Shown: positions 14,436-29,115 of the stretch, one piece after another | Numbering within the stretch: the first letter of the stretch is position 1 | Layout of the letters: each line of letters opens with the position of its first letter | Source: Anthoceros angustus | Lineage: Eukaryota > Plantae > Anthocerotophyta | DNA length: 64,000 nt | NCBI GenBank assembly: GCA_010909165.1 | Contig: VJWM01000218.1 | Coordinates: 186,001 to 250,000 of the forward strand | Reading direction: 5' to 3' | The notes under the pieces: model-generated | What the model was told of the DNA's origin: nothing | Seen by the model: the letters and a program-made list of their open reading frames with translations, nothing else | The model's database searches: none | Translations under genes and position numbers: made by a program

Positions 14436-15314
14436 TGATCCTAGATTGTGGAGGTCTGCTTTATAGATGTGAAACTCACCCGACACCTGGTATTCCTTTC
14501 CTCTTGTGATACCTTTGTATGGGCAGGTGTGCTACATTTTATGAAACCATTGTAGGAGATGCCGTCCAAAGGCAAGGAATGTTGCAATCAAACCCTTAGT
14601 GGATTGCACCAAAGTAAGACCGTGGTATCGAGAGCGAGGTTCCAATATTTCAAATGAGGGGATCATGCCGCAGCATTGAGATGGCACCGGATTGGCGGTC
14701 ACTTTGATTTCATGTGATGATGATGTACGATGCGCGTGGTACTGCGAATGCGTGAGGTTGTTGACTTGCAAATACACGAGGTGGGGCGATCGTGAGACGG
14801 TCAACACGGGGTAATGTTTGGTTAGAGTCGATTTGGTGCCACGCGAAGATGAGGCATAGTTCACATACGTGGGTGAGCACGGTGGCGTGCACTCATGACT
14901 CCGGGTCTTGGAGAAAGTGCGTCGGGACTCCGACCCCTCGCGAATCGTCAACTTACGGCGCACTCGGGGCTCAGCGTCACCGGTTGGCGCTCTCGGAGCC
15001 AGCAGGACTCCGGGAGTCGGACGGGCAACCGGATTGGCACGAAGCGCCGCAGGTTGCATCATTGCTTTTCAGTTCGTCGAATTATGACGGTCGCTCGACG
15101 TACGCCAATTCACGTGAACGGTTTAAAGCATGCTGGTGGTTGCTCGATCGGCGATTCTTGAAGAAATGGAATTTTTGAGTGTCACTTGATACATGTCTTG
15201 TGAAATCGCAATTACAAAGTTTATTACAATCGATTGTATTATACATGTGAAGTCAACTTTCACGGTCCACCCTAGGCAAGGTCTAAACCCCAGCATTTTT
15301 GCGCTTATATTGCG

Positions 15315-15788
15315 TTATAAATGCAGCCTTACAAATGCATCTTTGGTACAGTACCATGTGGAAGATGAAACGAGTTTGTCATCTTCAAGTTCAAGGAACG
15401 TCTACAAAGAGGACGGTTGGCTCCTCCATGTTCCACCCATTCATCAATACATGTCTTGTGAAATGTGTGGGGCACCTTGATAGTGTCTTTCTTCCTCCTT
15501 GACCTTGAAATCGTTAAGGCATATCTTAGTCGCTCTCCTGTTCTTGACGGTGATGATTCGAAACTCATCGGCGGGATACCCCAGCAATGTTTAGGTGGCG
15601 CTTTGATGACATAATCAACACTCTAGTTTCTTGTCAGTGACATTGAGAAAGTCGAGGAAGTGGAAGAGGGGTCAGTTGCAGATGGAGATCCAAAGGCGCC
15701 GCGTGACAACGTTGGGAAGCGTCGGTGATTACGAACTATGACTTTGCCAAGCCACCGTGCTCGCGCAAATCAACAATGATGCGCGCAT
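15315..15788 (-). CDS. RING-H2 gene, copy 12 (frameshifted as assembled)
   Basis: HTFHKTCIDEWVEHGGANRPLCRRSLNLKMTN fragment. Confidence 0.6.
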
Positions 15789-16701
15789 TGATCCTAGATT
15801 GTGGAGTGCTTTACTTGGCATAGATGTGAAACCACCGACACCTAGTGAGCTTCCTTTCCTCATGATACCTTTGTATGGGCGTTGTGCTACATTTTATAGA
15901 GCCATTGTAGGAGATGCCAAATCAAAGCCAAGGAATATTGCAATCAAACACAGGGTAGTTCGCGCAAAATAAGACAAATGGTATCGAGAGCCAAGGCGAT
16001 TCCAATATTTCCAAATGAGGGGATCGCGCGGCAACACATTGAGGATGGCAGGATTGGCGGTCGCACACAGTTCGCTGCGATGATGAGGCACGATCGCCAC
16101 GTGGTGGCCGGAATTAATTGCATTGAGGTTGTTGACTTGCCGTCCTGGTCTTGGTGTAAGCGGCTGTCGACGGGGTAATGTTTGGTTAAGTCAATTTGGT
16201 ACTCCGCCGGAAGATGAGGCATCGTTCACAAGCCACGTCGGTAGGCACGGCTCTTGCGGTGCTCCCATGACTCCTGGAGTGCCTGGTGCGTCGGGACTCC
16301 AGGCCCGATCATCAACTTACCGCCTCAGGTCAGCGTGCCCGGTTGGCGGCAGCTCGGGCGCCCGGGACTCCCGAGGAAATATCGGGCGGAGCAACAGGGG
16401 CGGCAGTCTGGCGCCGCAAGGTTATCGTTGGCATCAGTTCGTCAAATGACAACGACCACGAGATCGCTCGCGGGCCAATGATTGGTCCGTGAACGGATTT
16501 AAGGATACGTGGTTTCGACTATCAGCGATTCTTGAAGAAAGAAATGGAATTTTTGAGTGTCCACTTCAATACATGTCTTGTGAAATGCGCAACTTGATAC
16601 AAAGTTTATTACAATCGATTGTATTATACATGTGAAGTCAACTTTCACGGTCCACCCTAGGCAAGGTCCTAAACCCCAACATTTTGTACGCTTATGTTGC
16701 G

Positions 16702-17161
16702 TTATAAATCGCCTAGGTACATCTTGGCCGGTACCATGTGGAAGATGGGAAGCGAGTTTGTCATCTTCAAGTTCAAAGGAGACGCTCTAAAGAGACAGTT
16801 GGCTCCTCCATGTTCCACCCATTCATCAATACATGTCTTGTGAAATGTGTGGGAGCACCTTGATAATTGTCTTGCTTCCTCAACCTTGAAATCGTTAAGG
16901 CATATCTTGCAATCGCTCTCTGTTCTTGACAGTGATGATTCAAACTCATGGAGGATACTAGCAGTGTTTGGGCACGATGACATAACAATCAACACTCTAG
17001 TTTCTTGTCGGTGACATTGAAAGTCAAGTGGAAGAGGGGTCCTTTGGTTGCAGATGGAGATCCAAAGAGCGCACGCATTGACAGCGTTGAGAACGCCACG
17101 TGATGCCACGAACTAATGACTTTGCCACCGTGCTCAAGCAATCAACAATGAGTCGCTGCAT
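16702..17161 (-). CDS. RING-H2 gene, copy 13 (long in-frame stretch reaching the stop)
   Basis: ORF 16702..17109: ...ESDCKICLNDFKVEEARQLSRCSHTFHKTCIDEWVEHGGANC...PLNLKMTNSLPIFHMVPAKMYLGDL*. Confidence 0.75.
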
Positions 17162-18082
17162 TGATCCTAGATTGTGGAGGTGCTGTTTGTAGATGTGAAA
17201 CCACCGACACCTAGTGAGCTTCCTTTCCCTCTGTGATACCTTTGTATGGGCAGGCATGCTACATTTTATAGAGCCATTGTAGGATGCCAAATCCAAAGGC
17301 CAAGGAATGTTGCAATCCAAACACCGAGTGGTTCGCACCAAAGTAAGACAAATGGTATCGAGCAAAGGAGCGATTCCAATATTTCCAAATGAGGATCGAC
17401 ACGGCAACACATTGAGGATGGCACCGGATTGGCGGTCCCCGATTCATTGGCGATGATAGTATGCGATGCGCCCGCGTGGTGGCCAAGTGAATTAGTGCGT
17501 GAGGTTGTTGACTTGCCCGATACACGAGGTCTTTGGCGATAAGCGGACGGTCCAACCCGTAATGTTTGGTTAAGGTCAATTTAGTGCTCCTGCCGGAAGA
17601 TGAGGCATCGTTCACAAGCCACGTCGGTGAGCACGTGCGTGCCTCCGCGACTCCGGGTGCCGATGGTGCGTCGGGACTCAGGCCCCTCGAATCGTCAACT
17701 TACGGCCTCGGGAATACGGCGTGCGGTTGGCCCGGCGCTCTCGGCGCCACGGGACTCCGAGGTCGGACGGACGACGGGGCTTACAGCGAGTACGGCGGGC
17801 GCGCAGGTTGCATCATTTGCTTTCGGTCATTAATGACCAGCGACGGATCGCTCGTGACGGCAATTCACGTGAACCGGATTTAAAGGATGCCGGTGGTTGC
17901 TCGATATCGACTATCTTCAAGAAAGAAATGGAATTTTGAGTGTCCACTTCAATACATGTCTTGTGAAATGCAACGATACAAAGTTTATTACAATCGATTG
18001 TATTATACATGTGAAGTCAACTTTCACGGTCCACCCTAGGCAAGGTCTAAAACCCCAACATTTTGTATACGCTTATGTTGCG

Positions 18083-18556
18083 TTATAATCGCCTAGGTAC
18101 GTGGCTTTATTTTGGTACCATGTGGAAGATGGGAAGCTTGAGTTTGTCATCTTCAAGTTCAAAGGGACGTCTACAAAGAGGACAGCTTTGGCCTCCATGT
18201 TCCACCCATTCATCAATACATGTCTTGTGAAATGTGTGGGAGCACCATGATAATTGTGCTGCTCCTCATCGACCTTGAAATCGTTCGGCATATGCAATCG
18301 CTCTCGTTCTTGTGGTGATGATTCAACTCATCGTGAGGATACCCCTAAATTTATTTGGTGGCGCTGATGACAACAATCAACACTCTAGTTTCTTGTCGAA
18401 GTGACATTGAGAAAGTCGGAAGGGGTCCGGTTGCAGCCGGATGGAGATCCAAAGAGCGCCGCGTGACAGCGTTGAGAAGCGTCACATTGATGCCACAGAC
18501 TAATGACTTTGCCAAAGCCACAGTATCAAAGCGCAACCAACAATGAGTAGGCGCAT
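18083..18556 (-). CDS. RING-H2 gene, copy 14 (frameshifted as assembled)
   Basis: NDFKVDEE fragment; landmarks present. Confidence 0.6.
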
Positions 18557-19459
18557 TGATCCTAGATTGTGGAGGTGCTGCAGTGTAGATGTGAAACCAC
18601 AGCACCTGGTGAGCTTCCTTTCCTCGTGATACCTTTGTATGGCAGTGCTACATTTTATAGAGCCATTGTAGGAGATGCCAAATCCAAAGGCCAAGGAATA
18701 TTGCAATCAAACACCGAGTGGTTCGCACCAAGTAAGACAAATGGTATCGAGAGCCAAGGAGCGATTCCAATATTTCCAAATGAGGGATCGGCACCGGCAA
18801 CACTGAGGATGGCACGGTTGGCGAGTCCGCACCAGTTCCTATGATGATAGTATACGCCATGCGCGTGGTGGCCAAGTGAATGTGAATTGCGTGAGGTTGT
18901 TGACTTGCCCGATACTGCGGAGTGGCATGGGCGATAGCAGAAGTCCGGTAATGTTTGGTTAAGTCGAATTTGGTGCTCTGCCCGGGAAGATGAGGCATCG
19001 TTCATAAGCCACGTCGGTAGGCACGGGCCGGCACTCATGACTCCGGAGTGCCGATGGTGCGTCGGGACTCCGGCCCCTCGCGAATCGTCAACTTACCGGC
19101 GCACTGGAATCTGCGTCTTGGGTTGGCCGGCAGCTCTCGGTGGCGGGACTCCGGCAGACGGCAGCCGGGGACGCTTGGCGAGTCTTGGCCGTTGCATCAT
19201 TTGGCACTCGGTCGTCAGCCGACCATGACCGACGTCATGACGCCTTAATTCACGTGAGCCGGTTTAAAGGATGCGTGGTTGCTCGACTATCGGATTCTTC
19301 AAGAAAGAAATGGAATTTTTGAGTGTCCACTTCAATACATGTCTTGTGAAATGCTAACTTGATACAAAGTTTATTCGATGTATTGTACATGTGAAGTCAA
19401 CTTTCACGTCCACCCTAGGCAAGGTCTAAAACCCCAACATTTTGTACGCTTATGTTGCG

Positions 19460-19932
19460 TTATAAATCGCCTAGGTGTCATTTTGGTACCATGTGGAAGA
19501 TGGGAAAGCTGGGTTTGTCATCTTCAAGTTCAAAGGGCGTCTACAAAGAGGACAATGGTTGGCTCCTCCATGTTCCATTCATCAATACATGTCTTGTGAA
19601 ATGTGGGAGCACCTTGATAATTGTGTTTTGCTTCCTCATCACCTTGAAATCGTTAAGGCATATCTTGCAATCGCTCTCCTTCTTGACAGTGTGATGATTC
19701 GAAACTCATCGTGGGGATACCTAGCAGTACATTAGTGGCGCTGACATAGCAATCAACACTCTAGTTTCTTGTCGGTGACATTGAGAAAGTCGGAAGTGGA
19801 AGAGGGGTCCTTTGGTTGGGATGGAGATCCAAAAATGCGCACGTGACAACGTTGAGAGCACATTGATGCCACGAACTAATGACTTTGCCAAAGCCACCGC
19901 TCAAGCGCCAAATCAACAATGAGTACGCGCAT
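19460..19932 (-). CDS. RING-H2 gene, copy 15 (frameshifted as assembled)
   Basis: Landmarks and RING core. Confidence 0.6.
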
Positions 19933-20838
19933 TGATCCTAGATTGTGGAGTCTTTGCAGGTAGATGTGAAACCACCGACACCTAGTGAGCTTCCTTTCCT
20001 CTTGTGATACCTTTGTAGGCAGTTTGCATACATTTTATAGAGCCATTGTAAGATGCCAAATCCAAAGGCCAAGGAATATTGCAATCAAACATAGTGGTTC
20101 GCACCAAAGTAAGACAAATGGTATCGAGAGCCAAGGAACGCGATTCCAATATTTCAAATGAGGATCGACACCCAACACATTGAGGATGGCACCGGATTGG
20201 CGGTCACTTTTGATTCCGCCCCGATGATGAGTATGCGCCCGCCACGTGGTAGCCAAGTGGTGCTTAATGCGTGAGGTTGTTGACTTGCGATACGAGGTCT
20301 TTAGGCGATGAATGATCCAACCCGGGGTAATGTTTGGTTAAGTCGAATTTGGTGCTCACGAAGATGAGGCATCGTTCACAAGCCACGTCGGTAGGTACTA
20401 CGCAGTGCGGTGCACTCATGACTCCGGAGTGCCGATGGTGCGTGGGACTCCGGGCCCCTCGCGTCACGTCAACTTACCGGGCGTTTCGGAATAGCGTCTT
20501 GGGTTGGCGGCAACTCTCGGGCGCGGGACTCCGGTCCGGGCGAAGACAGGGCTTGGCGGTGCGGCGCGCCACGCAAGGTGCATCATTTGGCTCGGTTATC
20601 GAATTGATGGATGCCGACGCCTTAATTCCGATAGACGGATTTAAAGGATGCGTGGTTGCTTTCGACTATCGATTCTTGAAGAAAGAAATGGAATTTTTGA
20701 GTGTCCACTTCAATACATGTCTTATAAATGCGCAACTTGATACAAAGTTTATTACAATCGATTGTATACATATGAAGTCAACTTTCACCCTAAAGCAAGG
20801 TCTAAAACCCCAACATTTTATGTCACGCTTATGTTGCG

Positions 20839-21308
20839 TTATAAATCGCCTAGATGTCTTTTGGTACAAGGTACCATGTGGAAGATGGGAAACGAGTTTG
20901 TCATCTTCAAGTTCAAAGACGTCTACAAAGAGACGATTGGCTCCTCATGTTCCACCATTCATCAATACATGTCTTGTAAATGTGTGGAGCACCTGTGATA
21001 ATTGTCTTCCTTCATCACCTTGAAATCGTTAAGGCATATCTTATTAAATCGCTCTGTTCTTGACGGTGATGATTGAAACTCATCGTAGGATACCCCTGGC
21101 AATTTGTTTGGTGGCGCTGATGACATAGCAATCAACACTCTAGTTTCTTGTCGGTGACATTGAGAAAGTCGGAGTGGAAGAGGGGTCCCTTGGTTGCAGC
21201 AGATGGAGATCAAGAGCGCCGCGTGACAACGTTGAGAGCGTCACGCCACGAACTAATGACTTTTCCAGCCACCGTGCTCAAACGCAAATCAACAATGAGT
21301 GCGCGCAT
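20839..21308 (-). CDS. RING-H2 gene, copy 16 (frameshifted as assembled)
   Basis: RQETRVLIAMSS...ICLNDFKV fragment. Confidence 0.6.
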
Positions 21309-22202
21309 TGATCCTAGATTGTGGAGGTCTGCATGTGAAACCACGACACTAGTGAGCTTCCTTTCCTCGTGATACCTTTGTATAGGCGGTGTGCTACATT
21401 TTATAGAGCCATTGTAGGAGATGCCAAATCAAGGCCAAGGAATGTTGCAATCAAACACCGTGGTTAGCAAAGTAAGACAAATGGTATCGAGAGCCGACGA
21501 TTCCAATATTTCCAAATGAGGACTGGGATAAACAAGCGGCAACACATACTGAGGATGGCATACCGGATTGGCGGTCCGCACGTTCCATTAGCGATGATAG
21601 TGCACGATCGCCATGGTGGCCAAGTGAATTGCGGAATTGCGAGGTTGTTGTTGACTTGCCCATACAGGTGCTAGGCGATAGCGGACGGTCCGTAATGTTT
21701 GGTTAAGTCGAATTTGGTGCTCCCCGGAGAAGATGAGGCATCGTTAAAACCACGCCGGTAGGCACGGTACCAAGCCGGCACTCATGACTCCGGGTCTTGG
21801 AGTGGTGCGTGGGACTCCGACCCCTCGCGAATCGTCAACCGGCCTTTTCGGGAATACGCGTCTGGGTTGTCTCAGGCCTTGGGACTCCGGACTCGGGCAG
21901 AACGGCGGACGCTTGGCGGAGGAGTGCGCGCGCAAGGTTGCATCATTTATTTTCGGTTATCGAATTGACCAACGACGGATCGCCATGGAGCAGCCAATTC
22001 ACGTGGGATTTAAAGGATGCCGGTTGCTCGACTATAAGCGATTCTTCAAGAAAGAAATGGAATTTTTGAGTGTCCACTTATACATGTCTTGTGAAATATA
22101 CAACTGATACAAGTTTACAATCGATTGTATTATACATGTGAAGTCAACTTTACTCCATTCTAGGCAAGGTCTAAAACCCCAACATTTTGTATGCGCTTGT
22201 TA

Positions 22203-22675
22203 TGCTTGCCGTCGCTAGTGCGTGGCTGGTACCATGTGGAAGATGGGAAACGAGTTTGTCATCTTCAAGTTCAAAGGATCGCCATAAAGAGGACAGTTGG
22301 CTCCTCCATGTTCCACCATTCATCAATACATGTCTTGTGAAATGTGTGGGAGCACCTTGATAATTGTCTTGCTTCCTCATGCCTTGAAATCGTTAAATAT
22401 ATGCTGCAATCGCTCTCCTGTTTTCGACAGTGATGATTCGAAACTCATCGTGAGGATACTACATTTGCTTGGTGGCGCGATGACATAGCAATCAACACTC
22501 TAGTTTCTTGTCGAGTGACATTGAGAAAGTCGGAAGTGGAAGAGGGTCACCGGTTGCGGCGGATGGAGATCCAAGAGCGCAGTGACAACATTGAGAGCGT
22601 CACATTGATACCCAATAACTAATGACTTTGCCAAACCACACCGTACTCAAACGCAAATCAACAATGAGTCGCGAT
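22203..22675 (-). CDS. RING-H2 gene, copy 17 (frameshifted; stop region garbled)
   Basis: RING core present; coordinates approximate. Confidence 0.5.
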
Positions 22676-23563
22676 TGATCCTAGATTGTGGAGGTCTTGC
22701 CGGTGTAGATGTGAAACCAACACCTAGTGAGCTTCCTTTCTCACGATACCTTTGTATGGCAAGTGTGCTACATTTTTATGAGCCATTGTAGAGATGCCAA
22801 AATGCAATCAAAGGCCAAGGAATGTTGCAATCAAACACGAAATTGGTTATACCAAAATAAGACAAATGGTATCGAGCGAGCGATTCCAATATTTCCAAAC
22901 GAGGGGATCGGCTAACAGCGGCAACACATTGAGGATGTACCGGATTGGCGGTCACTTTGCGACGAGTGATATGATGCCTGCGACAGTGGCCAAGTGGAAT
23001 GCTGAGTGCGTGAGGTTGTTGACTTGCCCGATACTGCGAGGTCTTGGCGATAGCGGACCAGTCAACCCGGGGTAATGTTTAGAGGTAATTTGGTGCTCCC
23101 GGAAGATGAGGCGTCGTTCACAAGCCACGTAGGTACCGCCGGCACTCATGACTCCGGTGTGCAGGTGGTGCGTCGGGACTCCGACGCGTCAACTTCTACC
23201 GCGCACTCGAATATCTACAGCGTGCGGGTTGGCCTCTCGGGCGCTCAGGTGGACGGAAGCAGGGCCTTGGCAGCGGCGTCATGTTGCGCCGCACATCATT
23301 GCTTTCAGTTGAATCGACCTAGACCAGATCGCTCGCGACGCCTAATTCACGTGAACGGTTTAAAGGATGCCGTGGTTGCTCGACCTATCGGCGATTCTTC
23401 AAGAAAGAAATGGAATTTTTGATGTCCACTTCAATACATGTCTTGTGAAATGCAACAGTACAAAGTTTATTACAATCGATTGCTTATATACATGTGAAGT
23501 CACTTTCACGGTCCACCCTAGGCAGGGTCTAAAACCCCAACATTTTGTATGCGCTTATGTTGC

Positions 23564-24036
23564 GTATAAATCGCCTAGTGTCCGTCGGGGTACCATGTGA
23601 AGATGGGAAACGCAGTTTGTCATCTTCAAGTTCAAAGGAGACGTCTACAAAGAGGACAGCTTGGCTTCCATGTTCCACCCATTCATCAATACATGTCTTG
23701 TGAAATGTGGAGCACCTTGATAATGTGCCGCTCTCATCAGCCTTGAAATCTCGTTATGCATATGTCAATCGCTCTCCTGCTTGACGTGATGATTCGAAAC
23801 TCATCGTGATACCCTAGCAATTTGTTTGGTCACCGCGCTGATGACATAGCAATCAACACTCTAGTTTCTTGTCGAGGACATTGAGAAAGTCGGAAGTGGA
23901 AGAGGGTCACCGTTGCAGCGTATGGAGATCCAAAGAGCGACGTGACAACGCGTTGAGAACGTCACATTGATGCCATGTAACTAATGACTTTGCCAAAGCC
24001 ACCGTACTCACGCAAATCAACAATGAGTACGCGCAT
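23564..24036 (-). CDS. RING-H2 gene, copy 18 (frameshifted as assembled)
   Basis: MRVLIVDLR fragment; landmarks present. Confidence 0.6.
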
Positions 24037-24954
24037 TGATCCTAGATTGTGGAGGTGTTGCGATGTAGATGTGAAACCACCGACACAGTGAGCTTCCTTC
24101 CTACCGTGATACCTTTGTAGCAGGCGCATGCTACATTTTATAGAGCCATTAGGAGATGCCAACCAAGGCCAAGGAATGTTGCAATCAAACACCCAGTGGT
24201 TCGCACCAAAGTAAGACAAATGGTATCGAGCCAAGGAACGATTCCAATATTTCCAAATGAGGGATCGACGCGGCAACACATCGAGGATGGCACCGGTTGG
24301 CGGTCGCACCTTGCCCGTAGCGATGATGAGTATGCAACGATGCCACGTGGTGGCCAAGTGAATTGCGGATTGCGTGAGGTTGTTGACTTGCCGATGCAGG
24401 TGTCGCGAGGCGATAGCGGACGTCAACCCGCGTAATGTTTGGATTAAGAATTTGGTGCTCGCCCGGAAGATGAGGCATCGTTCACAAGCCACGTCGGTGA
24501 CGGCCACGGTGCACTCATGACTGGGTGCCGATGGTGCGCTTCGGGACTCCCGACCCCTCGCGAATCTCAACGCGCCTTTCGGGAATACGGCGTGCGGTTG
24601 GCCGACGCTCGGCGGCGCCGGACCCGGTCGGATTTAACGACGGGACGCTTGGCGAGTCTTGGCCGGCGCTAAGGTTGCATCATTTGGCACTCGGTTCGTC
24701 GAATCGACCCCGACCGTATCGCCATGGACGCCAATTCACGTGAAGATTTAAAGGATGCCGTGGTTGCTCGACTATCGTGACGATTCTTGAAGAAAGAAAT
24801 GGAATTTTTGAGTGTCCACTTCAATACATGTCTTGTGAAATGCAACTTGATACAAAGTTTATTACAATCGATTGTATTATACATGTGAAGTCAACTTTCA
24901 CGGTCCACCCTAGGCAAGGTCTAAAACCCCAACATTTTGTACGCTTATGTTGCG

Positions 24955-25419
24955 TTATAAATCGCCAGTGCATGGTACGGTACCATGTGGAAGATGGGAA
25001 ACGCAGTTTGTCATCTTCAAGTTCAAAGGACGTCTACAAGAGGACAGGTTGGTTCTTCCATGTTCCACCCATTCATCAATACATGTCTTGTGAAATGTGT
25101 GGAGCACCTTGATAATTGTCGCTTCCTCATCGGCCTTGAAATCGTTAAGGCATATGCCTTGCAATCGCTCTCTGACAGTGATGATTCAACTCATCGTAGG
25201 ATACCCCCAATTTGCCTTGGTGGCGATGACATGTAATCAACACTCTAGTTTCTTGTCGAGTGACATTGAGAAAGTCGAAGTGGAAGAGGGGTCACGTTGC
25301 GTATGGAGATCCAAAGAGCGCCGCGTGACAACGCTGAAACGTCACATTGATGCCACAGACTAATGACTTTGCCAAAGCCACCGTACTTTCAAACGTAAAT
25401 CAACAATGAGTACGCGCAT
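24955..25419 (-). CDS. RING-H2 gene, copy 19 (frameshifted as assembled)
   Basis: ICLNDFKADEEA...HTFHKTCIDEWVEHG...GDL* fragment. Confidence 0.65.
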
Positions 25420-26344
25420 TGATCCTAGATTGTGGAGGTCTTTAGCACTGTAGATGTGAAACCACCGACACTCTAGTGAGCTCTTTCCCTCGCGGATACC
25501 TTTGTATGGGCATTTGTGCTACATTTTATAGAGCCATTGTAGGAGATGCCAAATCCAAAGGCCAAGGAATGTTGCAATCAAACACCGAGTGGTTCGCACA
25601 AAGTAAGACAAATGGTATCGAGAGCCAAGCGATTCCAATATTTCCAAATGAGGGATCGACATGCAACACATTGAGGATGGCACCGGATTGGCGGTCCGCA
25701 CTCGCCCGCTGATGATAGTATGCGTACCGCCACGTGGTGGCCAAGTGAATTGGAATTGCGTGAGGTTGTTGACTTGCCCGATACACGAGTGCGATGAGCA
25801 GAGACGGTCCGGGGTAATGTTTGGTTAAGTCGAATTTGGTGCTCCCGCTCAAGATGAGGCATCGCTCACAAGCCACGTCGGTAGGCACGGTACGGCACTC
25901 ACTGACTCCGGTGCCGATGGTGCGTCGGGACTCCCGACCCCGATCGCTCAACTTACCGCGACTCGGGAATATCGCGTCCGTTGGCCGACGCCTCGGGCGC
26001 CGGACTCTGGCCTGAGACAGGAACGGCGGGGCGCTAGTCTTGCAGGCGCGGCGCCGCAAGGTTGCATCATTTGGCACTTTCGGTTCGCCGGGCGACCCAA
26101 CTGACCGGATCGCTCGCGACGCCAATTCACGGAACCGGATTTAAAGGATGCCGTGGTTGCTCGACTATCGCGATTCTTCAAGAAAGAAATGGAATTTTTG
26201 AGTGTCCACTTCAATACATGTCTTGTGAAATGCATAACTTGATACAAAGTTTATTACAATCGATTGTATTATACATGTGAAGTCAATCTTTCACGGTCCA
26301 CCCTAAAGGTCTAAAACCCCAACATTTTGTACGCTTATGTTGCG

Positions 26345-26820
26345 TTATAAATCGCCTAGGTCTCTTTGGTGGTACCATGTGGAAGATGGGAAACGAGTTT
26401 GTCATCTTCAAGTTCAAAGGACGTCTACAAAGAGGACAGTTGGCTCCTCCATGTTCCACCCATTCATCAATACATGTCTTGTGAAATGTGTGGGAGCACC
26501 TTGATAATTGTCGCTTCCTCATCGCCTTGAAATCGTTAAGGCATATCGCAATCGCTCTCCGTTCTTGACAGTGATGATTGAAACTCATCGGGGATACCCT
26601 AATAAATGCTTTGGCGGCACGATGACATAGCAATCAACACTCTAGTTTCTTTGAGTGACATTGAGAAAGTCGGAAGTGGAAGAGGGTCATCAGTTCACGT
26701 GATGGAGATCCAAAGAGCGACGCGTGACAACGCGTTGAGAACGCCACATTGATGCCACGAACTAATGACTTTGCTAAAGCCACCGTGACTCAAACGCAAA
26801 TCAACAATGAGTACGCGCAT
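26345..26820 (-). CDS. RING-H2 gene, copy 20
   Basis: ICLNDFKAMRKRQLSRCSHTFHKTCIDEWVEHGGANCPLCRRPLNLKMTNSFPIFHMVP in one frame. Confidence 0.7.
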
Positions 26821-27745
26821 TGATCCTAGATTGTGGAGGTGCTGCACAGAGATGTGAAACCACCGACACCTAGTGAGCTTCCTTTCCTCTTGTGATACCT
26901 TTGTATGGGCAGTGCTACATTTTATAGAGCCATTGTAGGAGATGCCAAATCCAAAGGCCAAGGAATGTTGCAATCAAACACCGAGTGGTTCGCACAAAGT
27001 AAGACAAATGGTATCGAGAGCCAAGGAACGATTCCAATATTTCCAAATGAGGGATCGACACCTTTGCCACATTGAGGATGGCACCGGATTGGCGGTCCGC
27101 ATACAATTCCGCTGATGAGTGATGCTCTGCCACGTGGTGGCCAAGTGAATTGCGTGAGTCATGAGGTTGTTGACTTGCCCGATACACGAGGTCTTTGGGC
27201 GATAGCGGGACGGTCAACCCGGGGTAATGTTTGGTTAAGTCGAATTTGGTGCTCCCGCCGGAAGATGAGGCATCGTTCACAAGCCACGTCGGTAGCACAC
27301 GGCCGCCGTGCACTCATGACTCCGGTGCCGATGGTGCGCCGACTCCCACCGCGAATCGCGCTAACTTACCGCGACTCGGGAATATTGCTGGCCGTTGGCG
27401 ACGCTCTTGGCGGACTCCGGTCGGGCAGACGACGGACGCTTGGCGAGTGCGGCGGCGCCAAGGTTGCATCATTTGGCACTCGGTTGTCGAACTCGTGACC
27501 CAGATCGCCATGGAGCGCAATTCACGTGAACCGGATTTAAAGGATGCCGTGGTTGCTCGACTATCGGCGATTCTTTCTCAAGAAAGAAATGGAATTTTTA
27601 GTGTCCACTTCAATACATGTCTTGTGAAATGCAACTTGATACAAAGTTTATTACAATCGATTGTATTATACATGTGAAGTCAACTTTCACGGTCCACCCT
27701 AGGCAATATCTAAAACCCCAACATTTTGTACGCTTATGTTATGCG

Positions 27746-28209
27746 TTATAAATCGCTGATACATTTTATTGGTACCATGTGGAAGATGGAAACGAGTTTG
27801 TCATCTTCAAGTTCAAAGGACGCCTACAAAGAGGACAATTGGCTCCTCCATGTTCCACCCATTCATCAATACATGTCTTGTGAAATGTGTGGGAGCACCT
27901 TGATAATTGTCGCTTCCTCATCACCTTGAAATCGTTAAGGCATATCGCAATCGCTCTCTGACTGTGACGGTGATGATTCAAACTCATCGGGGATACCCCC
28001 CAACGTTTGTCATTAACGATAGCAATCAACACTCTAGTTTCTTGTCGAGTGACATTGAGAAAGTCGGAAGTGGAAGAGGGGTCACCGGTTGAGATGGAGA
28101 TCCAAAGAGCGACGCGTGACAACGTTGAGAACGTCACATTGATGCCACGAACTAATGACTTTGCCAAAGCCACCGTACTCAAACGCAAATCAACAATGAG
28201 TACGCGCAT
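27746..28209 (-). CDS. RING-H2 gene, copy 21 (N-terminus to RING in one frame)
   Basis: ORF 27766..28302 contains MRVLIVDLRLSTVALAKSLVRGINVTFSTLSRVALWISIS...ICLNDFK...CSHTFHKTCIDEWVEHGGANCPLCRRPL. Confidence 0.78.
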
Positions 28210-29115
28210 TGATCCTAGATTGTACTGGAGGTCTTGCGGTGAGATGTGAAACCACCGACACCTAGTGAGCTTCCTTTCCTCGTGATACCTTTGTATGGGC
28301 ATGTGCTACATTTTATAGAGCCATTGTAGGAGATGCCAAATCCAAAGGCCAAGAATGTTGCAATCAAACAAGTGGTTCGCACAAAGTAAGACAAATGGTA
28401 TCGAGCCAAGGAACGATTCCAATATTTCCAAATGAGGATCGACACCGCGGCAACACATTGAGGATGGCACCGGATTGGCGATCCGGTTCACCGCTGATGA
28501 TGAGTATGAGATGCATACGCGTGGTGGCCAAGTGAATTGCGAATTGCGTGAGGTTGTTGACTTGCCCGATACACGAGGTGTCGAGGCGATATGGACGGCC
28601 AACCCGGTAATGTTTGGTTAAGTCGAATTTGGTGCTCCCCTAAGATGAGGCATCGCTCACAAGCCACGCCGGTAGCACCTGGCTGCGGTGCACTCATGAC
28701 TCCGGGTGCCGATGGTGCGTCGACTCCGCCCCGATCGTTAACTTACCGGCGCAAAGGAATACGGCGTGCCGGTTGGCCGACGCCTCGGGCGCCGGACTCC
28801 GGTCGGACGGAACGACGGACGCTTGGCGAGTGCGTGCGCATGGTTGCATCATTTGGCACTCGGTTGGGTGACTCACCCAATCGACTGTGAGGCGCCCAAT
28901 TCACGTGAACCGGATTTAAAGGATGCCGGTTGCTCGACTATCGATTCTTCAAGAAAGAAATGGAATTTTTGAGTGTCCACTTCAATACATGTCTTGTGAA
29001 ATGCAACTTGATACAAAGTTTATTACAATCGATTGTATTATACATGTGAAGTCAACTTTCACGGTCCACCCTAGGCAAGGTCTAAAACCCCAACATTTTG
29101 TACGCTTATGTTGCG